Notes: a model not told the origin generated them from the letters alone. Positions 9,927 to 20,012 are shown, counted from the first letter of the stretch. The stretch: 64,000 nt of DNA from Bdellovibrionales bacterium (GCA_965197425.1 CBDANC010000015.1:128001-192000); one strand, 5' to 3'. Made by a program: numbers and translations.

Positions 9927-10545
9927 GAATATAAATCTAAAATTAAATAATTTTTGTCTAAGCCTTGAAGAAGTAGAGGTTCCAGATCAAGGCATGACTG
10001 TTGTAATGGGTAAGAGCGGTAGTGGTAAAAGCACTTTGCTTAAGGTATTAATGGGCTGGTTTAACCCAAAGGGATGGAGTTGGCTTTTTAAGGAACAAGA
10101 TTTAAGCCTTTTGCCCGTTGAAAAAAGAAAGCTTGGTGTTTTGTTTCAAGAAAATGATATTTTTCATCACCTAACAGTTAGGGATAACCTGCTGTTTTCA
10201 GGAAGAGTAAAAAAAGAGACTGACCTTTCCAAAAGATTAATACAAAAATTAGATCTAAATGGTATTTTTGATAAAAAGGGAATTGAGTTGTCTGGGGGTG
10301 AAAGGCAGAGAGTAGCTTTGGCAAACGCTATTATGACAGCTCCTAATATATTGTTACTAGACGAACCTTTTAATTCTTTAGATAGAGAATTGAAGTCACA
10401 GGCCGTAGCACTTACGCTTAATATTATAGATGAGTTTAAAATTCCTGCAATTATGGTGACTCATGATGAAGCCGACAAATCTATTGCCAAAAAATTATTG
10501 AAGATATATAACGGAAAGGTGACTGAGGCTGTGGATTTGGTTTGA
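9913..10545 (+). CDS. thiQ: ABC transporter ATP-binding protein (thiamine)
   Basis: Walker A GKSGSGKS, LSGGERQRV, LLLDEPF, VTHD; third gene of the thiB-thiP unit. Confidence 0.8.
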   Translation: MSLIKNINLKLNNFCLSLEEVEVPDQGMTVVMGKSGSGKSTLLKVLMGWFNPKGWSWLFKEQDLSLLPVEKRKLGVLFQENDIFHHLTVRDNLLFSGRVKKETDLSKRLIQKLDLNGIFDKKGIELSGGERQRVALANAIMTAPNILLLDEPFNSLDRELKSQAVALTLNIIDEFKIPAIMVTHDEADKSIAKKLLKIYNGKVTEAVDLV

Positions 10546-10598
10546 TAAAATCAAAGTTTAAAGACTTTTCTTAAAAACTATAACGAGGCCCAAAAACC

Positions 10599-11237
10599 AT
10601 GAGTAATAACATAATTAAAAAATTTACTGCTAGCCGTAGATTCATTTGCTTTTTGTTCTTAGCCTCTGTAATTTTACCTGCCAAGTTTTCCTATGCAGTT
10701 TCTTTTATGGGCAAAACTTCTGCTAAATTTTCATATGTCAAATCTAATGTTGGCAATGCTAGTTCATCAGATATAAAAAGCAGTGTAAGCAATTTGTCTT
10801 TTGATTTAAATTTGGTATTTAACAACGGCATATTTATTGGTTTGTCTGGCGATAAGGATCATTTGTTTCAAAGAAGCCTAGATGGGTTTGGAAATGAAAT
10901 CAAGGAATTAACTTCAACATTAGGTTTTGGGGTAAATGTTGGGTATTGGAATTCAGGTTTCTACGCAAGTTTAACTTATTTGCCTGTGGTATCAGGTGAG
11001 ACTTTCTCTGATGTTAGTATTGCTGAGGCAGCTGGTATCGTAGGTCAGGCTGGATTGGCTATGAATTTAGCAGGTGTAATTCCTGGCATTGATTCTTGGC
11101 CTTATATAGGTTTAGGCCCTAGCTTTAGATATAAAATGCTAGTGAATCAGAATCTCAAAACATCAAGTTCTTTGAATGACAAAAATAGCACAACCTCTGG
11201 TTTATCTTTAATGCTAGATCTAGTGCTTGTCTTTTAA
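10599..11237 (+). CDS. Secreted protein, probable outer-membrane beta-barrel
   Basis: Signal peptide ending SYA, amphipathic strands, C-terminal Phe. Confidence 0.55.
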   Translation: MSNNIIKKFTASRRFICFLFLASVILPAKFSYAVSFMGKTSAKFSYVKSNVGNASSSDIKSSVSNLSFDLNLVFNNGIFIGLSGDKDHLFQRSLDGFGNEIKELTSTLGFGVNVGYWNSGFYASLTYLPVVSGETFSDVSIAEAAGIVGQAGLAMNLAGVIPGIDSWPYIGLGPSFRYKMLVNQNLKTSSSLNDKNSTTSGLSLMLDLVLVF

Positions 11238-11354
11238 AGTGAGTGTTGGTCAAGCTATAGAAAAACACTAATGCACAGAGCCAGTGAGCCATGGTAGCTT
11301 AGGCTTTTATAAAAGTACTTGTCAAAAGCACTAAAAATATAGATAAAAAACTCT

Positions 11355-12500
11355 ATGGTTTGTAATAGTCGCTACATGCTATTTAGTTTGCATATAAAAA
11401 ATGTTGGTATTGACACTTTGAGCACAAAGGTAAAAGAGATCTCTGATCTGAATGATGCAAAAAAGATCCAAAAGAGATTACAATCAAATGAGATATATTA
11501 TCTCCATACCTGTAACAGAGTGGAAATTTTGATGTCTTATGACAAAGACAAAACAATTGATACAAATATGTTGCCTTCTTACAAAGCAAGACATGATTTG
11601 AAGGATATTATATCTCATTTATTAAAGGTGGCCTCAGGTGCAGACTCAGTGTTGTTTGGGGAAAATCAGATATTAACTCAGTTTAAAGAAGCTATGGAAA
11701 ATTCTAGAAAGGCAGGTTTAACTGGGCCTAGTTTAAACCCTCTTTTACAAATGATTATAAGAGATGCGAAGGTAATAAAATCTAAGGTAAAAATTACTGC
11801 AAATCATAATTCAATTAGTTCTATGGCTGGTCACTATATTAGAAAGAGAGCGAGAGGCAAGTATATAAAGGTTTTGTTAGTTGGATACAGCAATACAAAT
11901 AGATCTTTATATTTACTTCTTAAAAAAGCATCTAACGTAGAGATATATTGGACAAATAGGACTCATGGAAAAATAGATACTGATGTGAAAGAGATCGCAT
12001 GGCGTAGATTTATGGATGGCAAATTGCCCGGTGTTGATGTTATTGTTCTGGCTACAAAATGTAATAACAAACTTATTACTGTAAAAAACTTAAATTCTAC
12101 AAATGCCAATTTGGTTGTTGATCTATCAGTCCCATCCAACGCATCTAAGAGATTGGTTCAGGCAAATCATGTTGAGTACATTGGCATTTCTGAGATAAAT
12201 GAGCTAATAAATCAATCTCAGAGAGGAGCAAAAGAAAAATTAGAAATCATAAACCATATAATAGACTTAAAATCTGGCATGCAGATCAAAGATCTCTTAT
12301 TAAGATCAAAGAGTAATGTTGTAACTGATATTTTAAACACTTCTGAGGATATTTATAACAAGGCAATGAATGAGTCTGATAATTATCTTAGAGATCTTGA
12401 TGAAGTTTCAATGTCTCAAGTAAAAAAATGGTCTAAGCATTTGGTTAAAAAACTAAACCATGAATATTTAGAAACTGTAAAATTACTTTTATCAAGATGA
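11355..12500 (+). CDS. hemA: Glutamyl-tRNA reductase (divergent)
   Basis: Catalytic TCNRVE, VASGADSVLFGENQILTQ, NRT, VDLSVP; first gene of the hem cluster. Confidence 0.88.
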   Translation: MVCNSRYMLFSLHIKNVGIDTLSTKVKEISDLNDAKKIQKRLQSNEIYYLHTCNRVEILMSYDKDKTIDTNMLPSYKARHDLKDIISHLLKVASGADSVLFGENQILTQFKEAMENSRKAGLTGPSLNPLLQMIIRDAKVIKSKVKITANHNSISSMAGHYIRKRARGKYIKVLLVGYSNTNRSLYLLLKKASNVEIYWTNRTHGKIDTDVKEIAWRRFMDGKLPGVDVIVLATKCNNKLITVKNLNSTNANLVVDLSVPSNASKRLVQANHVEYIGISEINELINQSQRGAKEKLEIINHIIDLKSGMQIKDLLLRSKSNVVTDILNTSEDIYNKAMNESDNYLRDLDEVSMSQVKKWSKHLVKKLNHEYLETVKLLLSR

Positions 12501-14038
12501 AAATTCGTGTAGGCACAAGGGGTAGTTCTCTTGCTCTTATCCAGACAGCTATTGTAGAGGCTCTTTTAAACGAAAAATATGAAAATGTAGAGATTGAAAG
12601 AGTTATCATAAAGACAAAAGGGGATATTGATCTAAAGCCCTTGTTGGATCTTTCAGGGGATGGATTTTTTACTAAAACTCTTTTTAATGCTTTGATGGAT
12701 GATAAGATTGACCTTGCTGTACATTCTGCAAAAGATTTACCTACAGTCAGTCATAATGGTTTTGCATATTATGCTGTAGGTGAAAGAGAGTCTGTTACAG
12801 ACACACTTTTAATTAAGGAAAACTGTGGTTTAAATCCAGTAATTGGAACATCTTCTATAAGAAGGGCTTTACAGATAGCTGATTACAATCCAAATGCAGT
12901 GATAAAGCCAATAAGAGGAAATGTGGATTCCCGTATTAAGAAGATTTTATCTGGCAAGTTTGATGGTATTGTGTTGGCATCTGCTGGATTAAATAGATTA
13001 AAGGTTGAATTACCAGAGGGCTTAATCTTAAAACCTATGGATTTTGTTACAGCTCCCGGCCAGGGAGTTTTGGCTATTCAGGTTAAGGAGTCTTTTAAAA
13101 GCAAAGTAGAAAAAATAATAAATTATGATTTAGATAAAGTTTTAAAAACAGAAAAAACTTTTTTAACTTATCTAGGTGGTGGTTGCCACTTGCCTTTTGG
13201 TTGTAATATTGAAAAGCAAAATTTAAAAATTTATTATAACTCAACTAAAGATATTATTAAATCCCTAAGCCCTAACTTTTCTTATGATAATCAAAGCTTT
13301 TGTTTTAATAAAAATGTTAGGTTTGATGATAAGGGTGGTAGTTTAGAGGAGCTATTTCAAAAGGGAATAGATGGTATACTAGGAAAAACTTCAAACTCCG
13401 TTGTTTGGATAACATCGCCTATACAAAATCAATTACAAACATCATTAAAGCTAAACAAAACACAAGTTATTTGTTTTCCGTTGATAGAAACAGCACCTAT
13501 GTTTAAAGATGAAGATTTACATAATTTAAAAGATGATTTCGATTGTGTTATATTTCCTAGTCAAACAGGAATAAAATTAGCAAAAGGAATTTTTGCTAAA
13601 ACCCGTGTATTTTGTATGGGTGAAAGTAGTAAAAAACTACTAGAGAGTTTTGAGTATAGTGATATTTCGATAATTGATAATTTAGATAAATTACGAGGCT
13701 ATAAAAAAACTCTATTGTTGTCGGCAGATTATTCTTTGGTAGCGGGAAGGCTTAAACAAAGTAATATATCCCATACACAATTTAAATTATATAAGACCAA
13801 AAATGTGATTTGGCAGAGCTTGCCATATAAGCCTAGGAAAGAAGATTTTATAATATTCACAAGTCCATCTACTGTGGAAAGCTTTGTTGAAAATGTTAAA
13901 GCTCATCCTTTACTTTTAAACTTAAACAGATTTGTGTTAGGTGATACAACGCTTGCCAAGCTAACTTCATTTGGTTTAGAAGGACAAATAGCAAAACATG
14001 GTAATATAGACTCATTAGTAGAGTTAATAGAAGGCTAG
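12497..14038 (+). CDS. hemC: Hydroxymethylbilane synthase fused to a uroporphyrinogen-III synthase-like domain (HemC-HemD)
   Basis: GTRGSSLALIQ, VHSAKDLP, GTSSIRR, IRGNV, LGGGC; last ~215 aa carry HemD-like ITSP, FPLIET, VIFPS, FTSPSTV. Confidence 0.9.
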   Translation: MKIRVGTRGSSLALIQTAIVEALLNEKYENVEIERVIIKTKGDIDLKPLLDLSGDGFFTKTLFNALMDDKIDLAVHSAKDLPTVSHNGFAYYAVGERESVTDTLLIKENCGLNPVIGTSSIRRALQIADYNPNAVIKPIRGNVDSRIKKILSGKFDGIVLASAGLNRLKVELPEGLILKPMDFVTAPGQGVLAIQVKESFKSKVEKIINYDLDKVLKTEKTFLTYLGGGCHLPFGCNIEKQNLKIYYNSTKDIIKSLSPNFSYDNQSFCFNKNVRFDDKGGSLEELFQKGIDGILGKTSNSVVWITSPIQNQLQTSLKLNKTQVICFPLIETAPMFKDEDLHNLKDDFDCVIFPSQTGIKLAKGIFAKTRVFCMGESSKKLLESFEYSDISIIDNLDKLRGYKKTLLLSADYSLVAGRLKQSNISHTQFKLYKTKNVIWQSLPYKPRKEDFIIFTSPSTVESFVENVKAHPLLLNLNRFVLGDTTLAKLTSFGLEGQIAKHGNIDSLVELIEG

Positions 14039-14060
14039 TTCTCTGATTTTGATTAGGTAA

Positions 14061-15305
14061 TTGGAAATGAATCAAAAAAGTTTATTTGGTAAGGCAAGAA
14101 AATATATTCCTGCAGGTGTACATTCACCTGTGAGGGCATTTTTGTCGGTAAAGGGTTCGCCGATATTTATTAACCGTGCAAAGGGCGCTTATCTGTATGA
14201 TGAAAATAACAGAAAGTTCTTGGATTTTTGTATGGGTTGGGGATCCTTGGCACTTGGTCATGCACAAAACAAAGTTATATCTAGTATAAAGAAGCAGGCA
14301 TCTCTGGGAACATATTATGGAACTGTGACCAAGCTAGATATAGAGCTTTCAAAGGGAATACTAAGTCGTATCCAACCTTTCGAAAAAATAAGATTCGTAA
14401 ATTCTGGTACAGAAGCAGTAATGACAGCAATTAGATTAGCTAGAGGTGTAACAAATAAAAATATGATAGTAAAAATTGATGGCAGTTATCATGGTCATAC
14501 AGACTCTATGTTGGTGTCGAGTGGAAGTGGACTAATTACCAAAGGAACTGGTAGCTCGGATGGAGTTCCTCAATCTGTTTTGAAAGATACATTAGTAGTG
14601 AAATATAATTCAAGAGAGGCACTAAAAAAAGTTTTTAGTAAGTATGGAGATAAGATAGCTGCATTGATAATTGAGCCTGTGTTGGCAAACTGTGGTTTAT
14701 TTGAACATGATTTAGACTATCACAAACTATGTAGAGCTTTAACAACCAAGCATAAGTCACTGTTAATTTATGATGAAGTGATAACTGGATTTAGGTTGTC
14801 TTATGGTGGAGCAAAAGAGGTTTTAAACATAACTCCAGACATTGCAACCTATGGCAAGGTAATAGGAGGTGGCTTGCCAGTAGGAGCGGTTGCTGGTTTC
14901 AATAAATTTATGAAACATCTAGCACCAGAAGGAAATGTATATCAAGCTGGGACATTGAGTGCTAATCCTCTTACAATGTCAGCAGGGCTTGCCACATTAA
15001 ATGTAATGAATAAGACTTTTTATTCTCAAATGGAAAAATTAGGTTTATATATGGATAGTGTTTTTAAGAAAATAAAAAATATTCACTACAAGAGAGTAGC
15101 TAGTATTTTTTGGCTTTACTTTGAACAGCAAAAAGCTTCAAAGGCTAAAGAAATATTATCCTCAAGGTACAAGTTGTATCATAAAGAGTTTGTTGACAGG
15201 GGTATATATCTTCCACCTAGTGCATTTGAGGTATGTTTTTTGTCTTCTGCACACAAAAAAAAGGATATAGATAAATTGGCGCAAGCAGTGTTGGATTTGG
15301 TGTAA
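14061..15305 (+). CDS. hemL: Glutamate-1-semialdehyde 2,1-aminomutase
   Basis: GVHSPVRAF, RFVNSGTEA, YHGH, DEVITGFR, GKVIGGGLPVGA, YQAGTLS. Confidence 0.96.
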   Translation: MEMNQKSLFGKARKYIPAGVHSPVRAFLSVKGSPIFINRAKGAYLYDENNRKFLDFCMGWGSLALGHAQNKVISSIKKQASLGTYYGTVTKLDIELSKGILSRIQPFEKIRFVNSGTEAVMTAIRLARGVTNKNMIVKIDGSYHGHTDSMLVSSGSGLITKGTGSSDGVPQSVLKDTLVVKYNSREALKKVFSKYGDKIAALIIEPVLANCGLFEHDLDYHKLCRALTTKHKSLLIYDEVITGFRLSYGGAKEVLNITPDIATYGKVIGGGLPVGAVAGFNKFMKHLAPEGNVYQAGTLSANPLTMSAGLATLNVMNKTFYSQMEKLGLYMDSVFKKIKNIHYKRVASIFWLYFEQQKASKAKEILSSRYKLYHKEFVDRGIYLPPSAFEVCFLSSAHKKKDIDKLAQAVLDLV

Positions 15306-15307
15306 AA

Positions 15308-16330
15308 ATGAGTAGTTTTGTAGATGCTTTGCTGCATTCGAAAAATAGTAAAAGAGTCCCTGTTTGGTTTATGAGGCAGGCAGGCAGATATTTGCCTGAG
15401 TACATGGAAATTAAAAATAAAAGTAACTTTAAAACTATGAGTACAACACCTGATTTAATCAAAACAATTACACTTCAGCCGTTAAAGAGATTTGATCTGG
15501 ATGCTGCAATAATATTTTCTGATATTTTAACACCACTAGGGCCTATGGGTGCATCTTTTGATTTTGGTTTAAAAGGCCCTGAGTTAAAAGAACATGGACC
15601 TGATGCACTACTTGAGTTGAGAGAACTGAATCCTTCTGATGATATGGGTTTTGTTAGAGAAGCTATGAAGTTGGTGTTAGATGAAATTCAGATTCCTTTG
15701 ATAGGCTTTGTTGGGGCTCCTTTTACTTTGGCCTCATATTTAATAGAAGGTGGAGGTTCTAGAGAATTTAGAAAAACGAAAACATTTATGTACAATGAAA
15801 GAACCAAATTTATGTCTGGTCTGGATCATTTAGCAGAAGAACTTTCTAAATATATCAATTACCAAATCGATAGTGGGGTTAGTGCTATACAAATTTTTGA
15901 TTCGTGGGGTGGTATATTATCCCTCAGAGACTACGATAGGTTTATATTGCCTTCTTTAGATAGGATGTTAAGTAATATTAAACCTATACCTGTTATTTTT
16001 TATACTCAACCCAGTTTGCACTTGTTGCCGGGGCTATCAAAGCTCAAAATATCTGCTATTAGTTTAGATTGGAGATGTGGTATTAGCAGGGCATATAAGG
16101 TACTAAAAGAATGTGGTGCAGATGTAGCAATTCAAGGCAATTTAGATCCAATGGCAATGACCGCTGATTATTCATATGTAAAAGAGAGTGTTTTATCAAT
16201 ACTAAATGAAGCAGAGGGGATAGGACTAGAAAGGTTTATATTTAATGTAGGTCAAGGCCTTACCCCGCAAACTAGGATTGACAATGTAGAGAAGATTATA
16301 AAAGAAGTACATAAATACAGGGATATATAA
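15308..16330 (+). CDS. hemE: Uroporphyrinogen decarboxylase
   Basis: PVWFMRQAGRYLPEY, AAIIFSDIL, GFVGAPFTLASYLIEG, QIFDSW, QGNLDP. Confidence 0.96.
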   Translation: MSSFVDALLHSKNSKRVPVWFMRQAGRYLPEYMEIKNKSNFKTMSTTPDLIKTITLQPLKRFDLDAAIIFSDILTPLGPMGASFDFGLKGPELKEHGPDALLELRELNPSDDMGFVREAMKLVLDEIQIPLIGFVGAPFTLASYLIEGGGSREFRKTKTFMYNERTKFMSGLDHLAEELSKYINYQIDSGVSAIQIFDSWGGILSLRDYDRFILPSLDRMLSNIKPIPVIFYTQPSLHLLPGLSKLKISAISLDWRCGISRAYKVLKECGADVAIQGNLDPMAMTADYSYVKESVLSILNEAEGIGLERFIFNVGQGLTPQTRIDNVEKIIKEVHKYRDI

Positions 16331-16373
16331 AAAGCTAAGTTAACTTTTTATAGTAATTGGTGAGTAAGATAAA

Positions 16374-17384
16374 ATGAAAATAGATGTGCATACACATATA
16401 ATACCACAAGACATGCCTAAGTTCAGGGATATGTTTGGCTATGGTAATTTTACTCACATTGAGCAATGTGATAATTGCAGGGCTAATTTAGTAAATAATG
16501 AAGGTGTTATTTTTAAAAACCTCTCCAGTAATTCTTGGGATGCCAGGGTTCGTTTGAAAGAGTGTGACGGGACTGGTGTGGGGATTCAGGTTATCTCTAC
16601 TGTTCCTATAATGTTTAACTATTGGGCTAAACCAAAAGACTGTGACTATACTTCTAAGTTTATAAATGATCATATATCTAAAGTTGTAAGTGTTGATCCA
16701 AAAAGATTTTTTGGTTTGGGAACTTTACCCATGCAAGACACCGAGCTTGCGATCAAAGAATTGGATAGGTGTGTAAATGAGCTGGGGTTACTTGGAGTTG
16801 AAATAGGCTCTAACATAAACGGCATGGATCTTAATGATGAAAAGGTATTTCCAATTTTTCAGGCTGCTTCAGACATGAGTGCTAGTATATTTATTCATCC
16901 TTGGGATGGAATGATGGAAGGTTCAAAAATGCAATCTCATTGGCTTCCATGGTTAGTTGGAATGCCATCTGAAGCATCTAGAGCTATTTGTTCCATGATT
17001 TTTGGTGGTATATTTGAAAGGTTGCCAAAGCTTAGAGTGTTATTTGCACATGGAGGAGGATCTTTTCCTGCTACACTTGGTAGAATACAACACGGCTCTA
17101 AGGTAAGACCAGATCTGTGTAATACTTCAAATACAGTTAGCCCTGTGGATAGCTTAGGTAAATTTTATGTCGATTCGCTTGTGCACAGTAAAGATGCATT
17201 ATCTCATCTCTTAAGTGTGTTTGGTGTGGATAAAGTTTGTCTTGGTAGTGACTACCCATTTCCATTTGGAGAGGCTACACCAGGTAGGTTGATTGAGGAG
17301 GATACGGGGTCTTTTCCACAAAGCTTGAAGGATAGAATTTATTATAGGAACGCACTTAGGTGGGTTGGTAAAATTAAGAGTTAA
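16374..17384 (+). CDS. Aminocarboxymuconate-semialdehyde decarboxylase (ACMSD)-type amidohydrolase
   Basis: IDVHTH, STVPIMFNYWAK, LGTLPMQ, FIHPWD, WLPWLVGMP, FAHGGGSFP, LGSDYPF. Confidence 0.88.
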   Translation: MKIDVHTHIIPQDMPKFRDMFGYGNFTHIEQCDNCRANLVNNEGVIFKNLSSNSWDARVRLKECDGTGVGIQVISTVPIMFNYWAKPKDCDYTSKFINDHISKVVSVDPKRFFGLGTLPMQDTELAIKELDRCVNELGLLGVEIGSNINGMDLNDEKVFPIFQAASDMSASIFIHPWDGMMEGSKMQSHWLPWLVGMPSEASRAICSMIFGGIFERLPKLRVLFAHGGGSFPATLGRIQHGSKVRPDLCNTSNTVSPVDSLGKFYVDSLVHSKDALSHLLSVFGVDKVCLGSDYPFPFGEATPGRLIEEDTGSFPQSLKDRIYYRNALRWVGKIKS

Positions 17385-17409
17385 TATCACAACACTGATT
17401 GAGTTTAAC

Positions 17410-17635
17410 AAGGTCTTCCGAACGAGGTCAATAAAGTGAACTTGTTACTTAAAGGTGAGCCTAGCGAAGCTAAAAATGGGCTGGTGTAACGACTGTACAA
17501 AGTACAAGTGGAACCAGAACATTTTTAAGCTAAGTGGCTCCTTCTTGCTTTTTTTGACCGAGTGGTTGCCCAGCACTGGAACAAGATGCCGATTTCGTCA
17601 CACAAGGTCTTCCGAACGAAGATTAGGAAGGCCTT
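17410..17635 (-). repeat. Modular hairpin repeat cluster: type-A element with a type-B element nested in its loop, plus a back-to-back pair of A ends
   Basis: Shares CTGGGCAACCACTCGG and CCTCGTTCGGAAGACCTT ends with copies at 18.9, 35.7, 38.9, 49.1, 53.3 and 55.3 kb; inner 17447-17541 has GGAGCCAC...CTCACCTTTAAGT ends. Confidence 0.88.
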
Positions 17636-17831
17636 AAAGCGCTGACTGAATATGGCAAATAACGCCTTGTTTATATTGTGTCTTTCTTTGTAAACCTTAT
17701 CAGGTGCGACTAAATTTTGTTCAAGATCTGCACTGAAAATATTTATAAAAATAACATGCTTGTAATATCCGGATAGTTGATATACCAAGTATTTCAATTA
17801 CTAATAAACTTTTTATTTATTTGATTTTAAA

Positions 17832-17847
17832 TGGTACAGGTTTTGCT
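17832..17847 (+). promoter_or_regulatory. Sigma-54 (-24/-12) promoter candidate
   Basis: TGGTACAGGTTTTGCT fits TGGCAC-N5-TTGCW with exact GG-N10-GC spacing, 28 nt before the 17876 start. Confidence 0.65.
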
Positions 17848-17875
17848 TTAAAACTCTTAAGAAGGGTCATTTTAG

Positions 17876-18760
17876 TTGGAATATTTTAACAATACAAAGT
17901 CAGTTTTGAGCAAATTTACAAAGATGGTACATGGTCGTTTTGGATTTGATGCTACCTTTCATACTGTAAAGAAGAGTGCTAAGAATGGGGACGGGCTTCT
18001 AAAAGTTATAGAAGATAACAAATACGCAAAAATCATAGCTTATAAAAATCATGTTATTATGCCAATAGAGCAATTTGGTGTTGTGCTTGGGTATGTAAAA
18101 ATCGAAAATGGCATTGCTCTTAAGCAAAACCACTTGATGCAAGTAAGTGATCTTTCAGATTTGTTGGTTAAGACAATGATTGTATCTGAAAAAAATAAAA
18201 GAATTCAGCTTATAATAGAGGATATTATTCAATCGAACTTAAGTAGCGTAAATGAGCTAGATACATTTTCAGAAAATCAGGTAAATCATTTAAAGGTTCT
18301 AAAAACTAATCTTCCTTTATTGATATTATCCAACACTCATTTGTCGGCTAGAAATTTGGCAAGAGACCTACATAGTGATTACAAAAGTGATCATTTTGTA
18401 ATTGTTGATGACTGTAATATATCTTATTTTAAAACATCTAAATCCATTAGCACTTTTAAAAATTGTACCATTTATATATCAGAGCTTGCAGATTTAGAAA
18501 AACAACCACAGTTGGCATTTGAACACTATCTTAAAATAGGGTCTTCACATGGCCCAAAAGTTATGGCATGTACTATTTTTGATCCTATACATTTAGTTAA
18601 AAAACAAATTGTTAGACAGGAGCTCATATATCTTTTATCAGGTAACAGAATTTTAAGTCCAGAAGATGAGTGCAGACTAGAGGACAAATCTACCTTAACT
18701 AAATATCTATTTAGTTCATTGAAAAATAAGTCTAAGATTTCACTTTTGCCTGGTATTTAA
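17876..18760 (+). CDS. Hypothetical protein with a degenerate sigma-54 activator (AAA+)-like domain
   Basis: LPLLIL...ARDLH...FVIVD...TIYISELADL...Q...KVMACT...RQELIYLL parallels bEBP motif order, but Walker A and GAFTGA are not recognisable. Confidence 0.55.
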   Translation: MEYFNNTKSVLSKFTKMVHGRFGFDATFHTVKKSAKNGDGLLKVIEDNKYAKIIAYKNHVIMPIEQFGVVLGYVKIENGIALKQNHLMQVSDLSDLLVKTMIVSEKNKRIQLIIEDIIQSNLSSVNELDTFSENQVNHLKVLKTNLPLLILSNTHLSARNLARDLHSDYKSDHFVIVDDCNISYFKTSKSISTFKNCTIYISELADLEKQPQLAFEHYLKIGSSHGPKVMACTIFDPIHLVKKQIVRQELIYLLSGNRILSPEDECRLEDKSTLTKYLFSSLKNKSKISLLPGI

Positions 18761-18770
18761 CTTGCAATTA

Positions 18771-18978
18771 TTAGTCTCATCTTTAGTGGAAACAGGCACT
18801 CGGCCAAAAGATGTCTTGGCTACATTTGGACTTCGTCCTGCATTTCACCAATACATCTTATTGGCCTCATTAACCTCACCTTTAGTTACTGGGTCGGCAT
18901 CGTGTCCAGAGCTGGGCAACCACTCGGATAAAAAAAGTGAACAAGTCCACTTATTTTTATCCTCGTTCGGAAGACCTT
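18771..18978 (+). repeat. Modular hairpin repeat cluster: lone B end, type-B element with long core, type-A element with short core
   Basis: CACTCGGCCAAAAGATGTCTTGG...CATCTTATTGGCCTCATTAACCTCACCTTTAGT followed by GCTGGGCAACCACTCGG...GTGAACAAGTCCAC...CCTCGTTCGGAAGACCTT. Confidence 0.88.
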
Positions 18979-19028
18979 AGATTGTAGGTTATTTGTAAAA
19001 TAAAAGATGCCATGCTAGAGTCGATCTT

Positions 19029-20012
19029 ATGGTAGAGAGTGGTCGTGAAGACTTAGAAAAGTTAGAGAAAGATAATTTAACTCCAGACCATTTTGATAAT
19101 AAGAAAAGCATACAAACATTTTTAGGCACAGATAACTTCAATATAACTCCTCTTACAGGGGATGCATCTAATAGAAATTATTTTAGGATAACCACTTCAA
19201 ATAAAAATTATATTTTGATGCAAAGTCATGATGAAAATAGCAATAAAAATTTTGTTACTATCTTAAATATTCTAGAAACTGCTAAAGTTAATGTTCCAAA
19301 ACTTTTTAAACACAAAAATCTTTTTATGTTAGAAGACCTAGGAGATCTAACATTAGAGCAGTTGTTCTTTAAAGAGAAAAAAGAAGCTGTAATTACTATG
19401 TACAAAAAGGCAATAGATCAACTAATACAGCTTCAAAAAGTTCAGTCTAATTTAAATATTACTTTTGATACAAAAAAATTATTTGAAGAGCTTATGTTTT
19501 TTAAAAATCAATTTTTTGTAGGTGCTAGTAAAATTGATAAGGAGATGGAAGCTACTTTTCAAAGTATATGCGAAAGGCTTGATAGCAAAAATCATGTTAC
19601 ATGCTTTGTGCATAGAGATTTTCATTCAAGAAATATAATGGTGTACAATAATAAACCTTACATCATTGATTTTCAAGATGCTAGAATAGGGATTTGTCAG
19701 TATGATTTGGTAAGCTTATTAAAAGACTCTTATATACATATACCGTTTGGGAACTGTCTTTTAGATTATTACTTTGAAAATTCTCATTTTAAATTCAACA
19801 AAGAAGAGTTTATGCAAGTGTTTGAGCTTCAGAGTGTTCAAAGAAGTCTTAAAGCTTGTGGTAGCTTTAAGAGTTTTGATAATTTAAAAAATGACAAAAG
19901 ATATTTAAAATATATTCCTATTGGCTTGGACTATGCTCTGGAAAGTTTAAAGAAATTTAAAGAATACAAAACACTTTTTGATATTATATTGGATTTAAGG
20001 GGTGGTTTATGA
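19029..20012 (+). CDS. amgK: Anomeric MurNAc/GlcNAc kinase (aminoglycoside phosphotransferase fold)
   Basis: LTGDASNRNYFR, LEDLGD, HRDFHSRNIM, IDFQDA, YDLVSLL; paired with a nucleotidyltransferase. Confidence 0.8.
   Translation: MVESGREDLEKLEKDNLTPDHFDNKKSIQTFLGTDNFNITPLTGDASNRNYFRITTSNKNYILMQSHDENSNKNFVTILNILETAKVNVPKLFKHKNLFMLEDLGDLTLEQLFFKEKKEAVITMYKKAIDQLIQLQKVQSNLNITFDTKKLFEELMFFKNQFFVGASKIDKEMEATFQSICERLDSKNHVTCFVHRDFHSRNIMVYNNKPYIIDFQDARIGICQYDLVSLLKDSYIHIPFGNCLLDYYFENSHFKFNKEEFMQVFELQSVQRSLKACGSFKSFDNLKNDKRYLKYIPIGLDYALESLKKFKEYKTLFDIILDLRGGL

Noticed and set aside
18911..18978. Type-A elements as integron attC sites (AAC...GTT around a hairpin)
   Set aside because: The ends GGGCAAC and GTTCGGA do not fit RYYYAAC/GTTRRRY, the spacing to the inner stem is wrong, the flanking genes are housekeeping, and no integrase is present.
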